From positions 6,256 to 70,255 of the forward strand of contig JBAXDH010000003.1 of NCBI GenBank assembly GCA_037141055.1: a DNA stretch of 64,000 nucleotides, read 5' to 3'. The first letter of the stretch is position 1; the number at the start of each line of letters is the position of its first letter. The notes under the pieces are model-generated. The model searched no databases, was not told where the DNA came from, and saw only the letters and a list, made by a program, of their open reading frames with translations. This document shows, in pieces, positions 47,131 to 53,685 of this stretch. The translations under genes were made by a program, and so were the position numbers. The stretch comes from a bacterium. GTDB taxonomy: Bacteria; Bacteroidota; Bacteroidia; Bacteroidales; FEN-979.

Positions 47131-47973
47131 ATGAGCTCAGTTAAAAACAAAGTCATCCTGGTTACTGGTGCTTCTTCAGGTATCGGCAAAGCGATTGCTG
47201 TCGCTCTTGATGCTGCCGGAGCCAGGGTTGCCATCGCTGCACGCAGGAAAGACAGGCTTGATGAGATGGCAGCCACGATGCACCAGCCCCTGGCAATAGA
47301 AGTGGATCTCTGCAATGAATCCGCTGCACGGGCGATGGTTTGCAAGGTTGCAGAACATTTTGGCAGGATCGATGTGGTGATCAACAACGCGGCCAGCATC
47401 ATCGTGGCGAAGTCAGATTCGGTTACTTCCGCTGATCTGCTCGGAGCCTTCACCACCAATCTCATTGCACCGGTGGCCGCAACACAGGAAGCGATCGGCT
47501 TCATGCGCAGGCAGGGCGGCGGACAAATCATCAACATTGGTTCACCCGGATTCATGATGGGAATTCCGTTTTATGCCCCTTACGTCTGTTCCAAGGCAGC
47601 ATTTTCTGCGTGGACCCGGACAATCCAGGCCGAGTGGGCGGGAACGGAGATCATCGTTAGCGAATACTTCCCGGGGTACATCAAAACGGACTCCCTTCCT
47701 GATTCCAGGCTGGGGATGATTGACCAGGATTTCCTGATGGCCGATCATCAGAATTTCATCACCCGGCTCTTCACAAAGCCCAAAACTCCCGATGATGTTG
47801 CCCGTCAAATCCTCAGACTGGTCGAACACCCTCAAACACTTGTTTATTCTGATTTCAGCGTAAAAATTGGCGCTTTTATCTCCAACATTCCCGGGTTCAG
47901 GCTGAATATTGCACGACAGCTGGCAAAAAATGCACGGGAAAAGAAACAACTTTCAGTTTTCACAAATCATTAA
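47131..47973 (+). CDS. Short-chain dehydrogenase/reductase (classical SDR)
   Basis: 280-aa ORF with VTGASSGIGKAIA (TGxxxGxG), NNAA and the catalytic YVCSK (YxxxK). Confidence 0.9.
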   Translation: MSSVKNKVILVTGASSGIGKAIAVALDAAGARVAIAARRKDRLDEMAATMHQPLAIEVDLCNESAARAMVCKVAEHFGRIDVVINNAASIIVAKSDSVTSADLLGAFTTNLIAPVAATQEAIGFMRRQGGGQIINIGSPGFMMGIPFYAPYVCSKAAFSAWTRTIQAEWAGTEIIVSEYFPGYIKTDSLPDSRLGMIDQDFLMADHQNFITRLFTKPKTPDDVARQILRLVEHPQTLVYSDFSVKIGAFISNIPGFRLNIARQLAKNAREKKQLSVFTNH

Positions 47974-47995
47974 TAATCCATAACCCCTCTTAAAC

Positions 47996-48505
47996 ATGCG
48001 CACCACAATTCCTTTAAAAGACCGCAAAACCGATTACATCTATCTTGCTTTTTTCTTTTTAAACCTGTTCTACATCACATATATTGTTGACCTGGAGCAG
48101 CTTGTCATAAAAAACCCCGATGATTTCCAGTACCCCCTGTGGCCGCTGCCGTTCCTGGTCGACATGGTGCACTGGTGGGGAAGCAGTTTCGACCCGCTTC
48201 AATGGGCACGGCCTACATGGTGGAAAGCGACGATCTGGCTCGATGCGGTCTTCTTCGGCCCGTATTATGCTTTTGCCATTTATGCCTTCATCAAAGGAAA
48301 GGATTGGATCAGGATCCCGACCTTCATTTTTTCCTCGATCCTCTTCACGAATGTATTCATCATCATGAGCGAAGAATACTGGGGCCCGCATGCCTCAAAC
48401 GCCCCGTTCATCGTCACGCTTGCCAATGCCCCATGGTTCCTGTTTCCTATATTCCTGGTTTGGAAGATGTGGAAACACGAACACCCTTTCACAAGGGAGA
48501 GTTAA
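47996..48505 (+). CDS. EXPERA-domain membrane protein (TMEM97/sigma-2 receptor and EBP-like)
   Basis: 169-aa ORF with 4 TM helices. By eye it aligns end-to-end with my recollection of human TMEM97: VDLEQ vs MDLQA, FDPLQWARPTWWK vs KDPLLQEPPAWFK, YAFIKGKDWIRIPTFIFS vs YAFLKGSCKWIRTPAIIYS, APWFLFPIFLV vs APYLLIPFILL. Confidence 0.7.
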   Translation: MRTTIPLKDRKTDYIYLAFFFLNLFYITYIVDLEQLVIKNPDDFQYPLWPLPFLVDMVHWWGSSFDPLQWARPTWWKATIWLDAVFFGPYYAFAIYAFIKGKDWIRIPTFIFSSILFTNVFIIMSEEYWGPHASNAPFIVTLANAPWFLFPIFLVWKMWKHEHPFTRES

Positions 48506-48535
48506 CGCTTGAACTACCTTTTTTGGGAACGAAGT

Positions 48536-49768
48536 CTATTTCGCGAGTTCCACATTCATCTTTGTGACTGCCTGTGCGAACCTGGTGCGATCTTTTTCAT
48601 CAACAGGTTTTGAAGGAGGGGATACAAGTTTGAGCGGGTCGGTAGGACTTCCATTGCGGTAAACACGGAAATCCAGGTGCGGGCCGGTTGAAAGGCCGCT
48701 GCTGCCCACGTATCCGACTACCTCGCCCTGCCTGACATTGGAACCGGCTTTCAGACCTTTTGCATAGCCGGATAAATGCGCATACGTTGTGGTATACACC
48801 GAATTGTGCCGGATGCTGATGAAACGGCCATAACCGCCGTGAAATCCCACCTCGTTTACATGTCCGTCGCCGAGCGCCACCACCGGGGTCCCCCGTGGCG
48901 CCGAATAATCAACGCCGAAATGCGGACGCGCAATGCGAAGGATCGGATGCATCCGCGAACGTGAAAAGCGGGAGCTGATGCGCGAAAACTTAAGCGGAGC
49001 CTTCAGAAACGAACGCTGAAGACTCTGGCCGTTTTCATCAAAATACTCGTTCCTGCCCTGCTGCTCAAAGTTGTATGCATAATAGTCCCTGCCGTTGCTG
49101 TGAAATCGGGATGCCAGGATACGGTCAATGCCGATCAACTTATTGTCAACATAAACTTCTTCATAAATTACTTTAAAATTGTCCCCTTTCTGCAGTCCGT
49201 AAAAATCAACAGTCCAGGCATATACATCAGAAAGTGCCATCCCGAGGTTTATGTCGAGCTTGTTTTCGACGAAACAGTTCCACAGCGAACTGGTTATTGT
49301 CCCTGTCGAAGTTTTGACAAGCCTCGAGACCTTTTTCTTATCTTTATATGCCTTCAGAGAATCGCTTACATCGTAAACCACAAAATCGATCGGGTTGATT
49401 TCGTAAACAACGTATTTAGTAAGTTTGGCCGAATCCTTCGAAACGATCCTTGCATAACGGTTCCCGGCTTTTATTTTCCTGACATCAAATATCTCACGGG
49501 TTTCATTTGCTATCCGCTCAATGGTTGCGCCGGGGATATACCCCGAAAGCATTAATGATAAATTCTGGTTGTTTCCGACCGTTCCGTATACGATATCCAT
49601 GCTGTCGAGCCTGATACCATAAGCCAGAACCGGGGGAGGCGGGGGCGATGCGATTGCTTTGGGCGGTGCCACCCTGTGATAATTGAGTAAAACCCCGATC
49701 ACCGCAATGATGACAAGTACCACGATAAGAGTGATGACGGAGTATGTTCGGAGTGAAAGTTTCTTCAT
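48536..49768 (-). CDS. M23-family peptidoglycan metalloendopeptidase
   Basis: 410-aa ORF with an N-terminal TM anchor. The LytM domain carries HFGVDYSAPRGTPV (HxxxD), YAHLS and GSSGLSTGPHLDFRV. Confidence 0.9.
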   Translation of the reverse strand: MKKLSLRTYSVITLIVVLVIIAVIGVLLNYHRVAPPKAIASPPPPPVLAYGIRLDSMDIVYGTVGNNQNLSLMLSGYIPGATIERIANETREIFDVRKIKAGNRYARIVSKDSAKLTKYVVYEINPIDFVVYDVSDSLKAYKDKKKVSRLVKTSTGTITSSLWNCFVENKLDINLGMALSDVYAWTVDFYGLQKGDNFKVIYEEVYVDNKLIGIDRILASRFHSNGRDYYAYNFEQQGRNEYFDENGQSLQRSFLKAPLKFSRISSRFSRSRMHPILRIARPHFGVDYSAPRGTPVVALGDGHVNEVGFHGGYGRFISIRHNSVYTTTYAHLSGYAKGLKAGSNVRQGEVVGYVGSSGLSTGPHLDFRVYRNGSPTDPLKLVSPPSKPVDEKDRTRFAQAVTKMNVELAK

Positions 49769-49776
49769 GGAGGATG

Positions 49777-50934
49777 CTAATCAAATTTCAGAGTTATCTG
49801 CACGATCTCCGGCCTGTTGCCGAGCCTGACCGGCGGTCCCCAGGTACCGAAACCGGTCGACACGTAAAAATGGGTTTTTCCGATCAGTTTATATCCGCGG
49901 CTTATTTCGTACATGGCAGTCGTAATATAATTGAACGGCCACATTTGCCCGTGATGGGTGTGACCTGAAAGCTGCAGATCAACACCTTCTTCTACGGTCC
50001 GTTCAAGGTTGAACGGTTGGTGATCCATCAGTATAACCGGGAAAGACCGGTCAACCTGCTGTATCAGTTCACGGAGTTCCTTTCGTTTCTTCCCGGTGAA
50101 TCGCGAACGGTCGCGGTCTTCACGCCCAACGATATAGAATCGGTTGTCAATAAACAAAGCGGTATCCCGGATTACAGTGACACCATGCTCCCGCAGATAT
50201 TTAACAGCCGGTTCAACACCGCCGATATATTCATGGTTCCCGGTAATGGCATACACGCCGAGTTTCGACCTGATCTCCATCAGGTTTGCCCCGAGGTTGT
50301 TCATGATCACGGGGGCAAGGTCTTCATCCACCACATCACCGGCAAAAAGTACGATGTCCGGATGCAGCCCGTTGATTGTTTCAACAAGCCTGTTTGCTTT
50401 CCTCCTGGAGATGATGGTCCCGAGGTGAATGTCGGATGCCATGACGATTCTAAGCGTTTTTTCTCCGCTTACTTTTTTTCCGACATGCAACTCCAGTTTC
50501 CTGACAAGCGGAATCCTGGCATTTATAAAACCACCCGCAACGATGAGGGAAACCAGCGAGAGCGAAATAAACAGCACCGTCAGCTTTGTTTGCGCGTAAT
50601 CCGTGTAAAACGATTGCGGGAAAATGTGCAAAAAATGGTTCAGAACCCTGGCGAAATCTATAAACAACGCTACCAGGATAAAATAGAGCATAAATGCCAG
50701 CCAGAAGGAACCGATCCATGTCATGACCCCTGTGAATCCGAATGGATAAGTACGTTCAAGAATTCTCGCAAGAACAAACGTAAATGCAACGCTCCAGAAT
50801 ATCGCAATATACCATGGGCGCCAGGCAGAACCTGCCGGGATCGCCTGCAAACCGCGTATGAAAATATAACTGTTGACCAGTCCGTAAACCACCAGGACGA
50901 TCGTGATAAATACTACAAATGCACCTGTTTTCAA
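49777..50934 (-). CDS. Membrane-anchored metallophosphoesterase
   Basis: The N-terminal region has about 4 TM helices. A calcineurin-like domain follows (MASDIHLG, FAGDVVD, GNHE, SGHTHHG). The start appears to be a TTG at 50934. Confidence 0.88.
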   Translation of the reverse strand: MKTGAFVVFITIVLVVYGLVNSYIFIRGLQAIPAGSAWRPWYIAIFWSVAFTFVLARILERTYPFGFTGVMTWIGSFWLAFMLYFILVALFIDFARVLNHFLHIFPQSFYTDYAQTKLTVLFISLSLVSLIVAGGFINARIPLVRKLELHVGKKVSGEKTLRIVMASDIHLGTIISRRKANRLVETINGLHPDIVLFAGDVVDEDLAPVIMNNLGANLMEIRSKLGVYAITGNHEYIGGVEPAVKYLREHGVTVIRDTALFIDNRFYIVGREDRDRSRFTGKKRKELRELIQQVDRSFPVILMDHQPFNLERTVEEGVDLQLSGHTHHGQMWPFNYITTAMYEISRGYKLIGKTHFYVSTGFGTWGPPVRLGNRPEIVQITLKFD

Positions 50935-50995
50935 TGTTTTTATTCCTTTTTTCGTTTTTCCCGTGGCAAAGTTACCGTTAATAAAAATATACTTC

Positions 50996-51003
50996 TAAAT
51001 TTG
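50996..51003 (+). promoter_or_regulatory. Bacteroidota -7 promoter box TAAATTTG
   Basis: TAnnTTTG match 74 nt upstream of the ATG at 51077. Confidence 0.4.
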
Positions 51004-51076
51004 TTTCCCGGAAGTGACCTCATCCTCAACCAAACCGGATGCTTTTTGATGTTTCATTAATTTATAAAAACGAAAA

Positions 51077-52810
51077 ATGATAGAAACGGGTTTTGTTCTA
51101 AGCTGGATTGATTACACGATCATGATCGTCTATTTTGCGTTTGTGCTGGGCATCGGCTGGGCCCTGAAACGATACATGAAAGATGCCAATGCTTTCCTCG
51201 AAGCCGGTCGTTCCATGCCGGCATGGGTTGCAGGGCTGGCTTTTATTTCAACCAACCTTGGCGCACTCGAAGTCATGGGCATGACGGGCTCCGGAGCAAA
51301 ATACGGCATGCTTACAACGCACTTTTACTGGGTCGGTGCCATTCCTGCCATGGTTTTCCTGGCTTTGTTCATGATGCCATTCTACTACGGATCGAAGGCG
51401 CGGTCGGTGCCTGAATATCTCAAACTGAGGTTTGATGAGAAGACCCGCGGACTTAACGCCATCCTCTTTGCCGTGATGACCATCCTCGCCTCCGGGATTT
51501 CAATGTATGCCCTGGCTATCCTGATGGAAAAAGTACTTGGATGGAACTTTCACCTGAGCCTGGTCCTTTCCGCGGCCATCGTCCTCGGATACACCTACCT
51601 GGGAGGCCTTTCCTCTGCCATTTACAATGAAGTTCTGCAGTTCTTTATCATTGTGATCGGCCTGTTGCCGATTGTTATTCTTTGTCTGCAGGACCTGGGA
51701 GGATGGTCGGGAATGAAAGAACAGCTGGCACCCATCGTTACCGCTAAAGGATTTGCACCAGACACCTGGACAACCACCTGGAAATACACCGGATCGGCCA
51801 GCGCCAACCCTTTGGGCGTTGAATGGTATGGCATCGCTGCCGGGCTGGGCTTCGTGCTGTCATTCGGATACTGGTGCACCAACTTCCTGATCGTTCAGCG
51901 TGCCATGTCGGCCGAATCGCCGACCGCAGCCAGGAACACCCCGCTCATCGGTGCTTTACCCAAGATGTTCATCCCGTTTTTGATCATTGTTCCCGGAATC
52001 GCCGCGCTGGTATTGCTGAACAAGCAGGGTTCCGGTTTCGTGCTGCCGGAAATTTCCCCGGGCCATTACAATTATGATTATACCATCATCGCCCTGTTGA
52101 AGCAATACCTGCCGGCAGGGGTGCTCGGGCTTGGCATTACCGCACTGCTGGCCTCATTCATGTCTGGAATGGCCGGGAATGTTTCGGCTTTCAACACAGT
52201 ATGGACCTACGATATTTACCAAAGTTACATACGCCCTGTTACGGCAGATAAAGTGGCGGATGACAAGCATTACCTCTTTGTCGGCAGGATGGCCACCATC
52301 TTTGGCGTAATCGTCAGCATTGCCGCAGCATACCTGGCAAGTTTGTTCGGGAACATCATGGACTTTCTCCAAACCATCTTCTCGATGATCAACGCGCCAT
52401 TGTTTGCCGTGATCTTCCTCGGAATGTTCTGGAAGAGGACGACGGGTCATGGAGCGTTCACCGGTTTGCTTGCCGGATTCTTTATTGCGCTCCTTCACCA
52501 CGGAATGACGGTTCCCGCTGGAGCTGCAACCCTTGTTAAAGGAGGATGGATATGCAACCTGCATACCTATCCTGTAGAGATGGCACAGAATTTCTGGACC
52601 GCCATCTTTGCATTCACGACAAGCGCCCTCGTCACCGTATTCCTGTCACTGGCCACAAAGCAAAAGAAATCGGACGAAGACCTCAAAGGACTTGTATACA
52701 CGTTAACGCCTAAAGTCATAGAAACAAACGTTCCCTGGTACCAGCGTTCATCGACCCTGGCCATCGTGGTACTGACAATCGGGACGATTTTAACCATCAT
52801 GTTCTGGTAA
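51077..52810 (+). CDS. Sodium:solute symporter family (SGLT-like) transporter
   Basis: 577-aa ORF with about 14 TM helices. SSF-type segments include GRSMPAWVAGLAFISTNLGALEVMG, YLGGLSSAIYNEVLQ and QRAMSA. Confidence 0.92.
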   Translation: MIETGFVLSWIDYTIMIVYFAFVLGIGWALKRYMKDANAFLEAGRSMPAWVAGLAFISTNLGALEVMGMTGSGAKYGMLTTHFYWVGAIPAMVFLALFMMPFYYGSKARSVPEYLKLRFDEKTRGLNAILFAVMTILASGISMYALAILMEKVLGWNFHLSLVLSAAIVLGYTYLGGLSSAIYNEVLQFFIIVIGLLPIVILCLQDLGGWSGMKEQLAPIVTAKGFAPDTWTTTWKYTGSASANPLGVEWYGIAAGLGFVLSFGYWCTNFLIVQRAMSAESPTAARNTPLIGALPKMFIPFLIIVPGIAALVLLNKQGSGFVLPEISPGHYNYDYTIIALLKQYLPAGVLGLGITALLASFMSGMAGNVSAFNTVWTYDIYQSYIRPVTADKVADDKHYLFVGRMATIFGVIVSIAAAYLASLFGNIMDFLQTIFSMINAPLFAVIFLGMFWKRTTGHGAFTGLLAGFFIALLHHGMTVPAGAATLVKGGWICNLHTYPVEMAQNFWTAIFAFTTSALVTVFLSLATKQKKSDEDLKGLVYTLTPKVIETNVPWYQRSSTLAIVVLTIGTILTIMFW

Positions 52811-52814
52811 AAGA

Positions 52815-52934
52815 ACAATGAAAACAATGAAGACAATGAAAACAATTTATACAATGAGAGCAATGCAATGATATTGAAGAACAGGTCACTTAAAATGACA
52901 CAATTTCTGCATTGCTTGCATTGTTTGCATTCTT
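52815..52934. repeat. 9-bp-periodic CAATG repeat array: 6 direct units plus 3 inverted units around a short palindrome
   Basis: Direct units start at 52815, 52824, 52833, 52842, 52851 and 52860: ACAATGAAA, ACAATGAAG, ACAATGAAA, ACAATTTAT, ACAATGAGA, GCAATGCAA. Inverted units start at 52908, 52917 and 52926: TGCATTGCT, TGCATTGTT, TGCATTCTT. The centre contains GTCAC-TTAAAA-TGAC. Positions 52851-52867 and 52908-52924 can pair at 15 of 17 positions. Confidence 0.7.
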
Positions 52935-52955
52935 TAAATTATTAATTCAGCAATT

Positions 52956-53168
52956 ATGGGTATAGATATAAAATTTCCGATCGGCCTGATGTTCTCCATC
53001 CTGGGACTCCTGCTTACCGTTTTCGGACTGTTTACAAGCGGCGACAGTGCTTTGTATGCCAGGTCGCTGGGCATCAACATCAACCTGTGGTCGGGATGCG
53101 GCATGCTGGTCTTCGGGCTTATCATGCTGTTTTTTTCCTGGAAAAGCAAGAAAGCCAAAACCCAATGA
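52956..53168 (+). CDS. Small two-TM membrane protein of unknown function
   Basis: 70-aa ORF with two clear hydrophobic helices and a basic C-terminus (WKSKKAKTQ). Its stop codon is 1 nt before the ogt ATG. Confidence 0.5.
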   Translation: MGIDIKFPIGLMFSILGLLLTVFGLFTSGDSALYARSLGININLWSGCGMLVFGLIMLFFSWKSKKAKTQ

Positions 53169-53169
53169 T

Positions 53170-53661
53170 ATGAACCCGATGCACAGAGCCTTCCTGAAGA
53201 CGCCCATCGGGCACATTGAGGTCACCGGCTCGGAGAATGGCATACGTTCGTTGTATTTCCTTGATTTCAAGGTCAGGCCGCAACATGTGCCATCGTGCCT
53301 GCGGTCGTGCATCGATCAGCTTGAGGAGTATTTCCACGGATCACGGCGAAAGTTTGACCTTAAACTTGACCTGGAGGGATCGCAATTCCAGCTCAGAGTC
53401 TGGGATGAACTGTTGAAAATCAACTTCGGAACCACAGTTTCATACATGGAACTGGCACGCAGGATGGACAATCCCGGGGCGATTCGCGCTGTTGGCGGCG
53501 CCAACGGGCACAACCCTGTATCCGTCATCGTGCCGTGCCACCGCATCATCGGATCAAATGGCAGGCTGATCGGATACCGCGGCGGGCTGAAGCGCAAGAA
53601 ATGGCTCCTGGAACATGAACATGCCTTTGCCCAGCGCGACCTTTTCTACGGGAAAGCGTGA
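53170..53661 (+). CDS. ogt: Methylated-DNA--protein-cysteine methyltransferase
   Basis: Active-site PCHRIIGSNG, preceded by FQLRVWDELLKINFGTTVSYMELA. Start set at ATG 53170; the longer ORF-track start overlaps the small membrane ORF. Confidence 0.92.
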   Translation: MNPMHRAFLKTPIGHIEVTGSENGIRSLYFLDFKVRPQHVPSCLRSCIDQLEEYFHGSRRKFDLKLDLEGSQFQLRVWDELLKINFGTTVSYMELARRMDNPGAIRAVGGANGHNPVSVIVPCHRIIGSNGRLIGYRGGLKRKKWLLEHEHAFAQRDLFYGKA

Positions 53662-53685
53662 CATACATGATTTAACATCATTCCC

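Noticed and set aside
47094-47555. 153-aa minus-strand ORF
   Set aside because: It is antisense to the SDR gene (TGxxxGxG, YxxxK present on the plus strand). The Ala-rich shadow frame is a by-product of that gene's composition.
50017-51060. 347-aa plus-strand ORF
   Set aside because: It lies entirely antisense to the well-supported metallophosphoesterase gene (DIHLG, GNHE, GHTHHG motifs). Its translation is Arg/Pro/Cys-rich with no motif, so it is a typical shadow ORF.
52567-52863. 98-aa minus-strand ORF beginning MLSLYKLFSLSSLFSLFF
   Set aside because: Its N-terminus is just the 9-bp CAATG repeat array read in frame. The rest is antisense to the symporter gene.
52815-52934. Possible CRISPR array
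   Set aside because: The units are only 9 bp, directly abutting with no spacers, and no cas genes are present. This is not a CRISPR.
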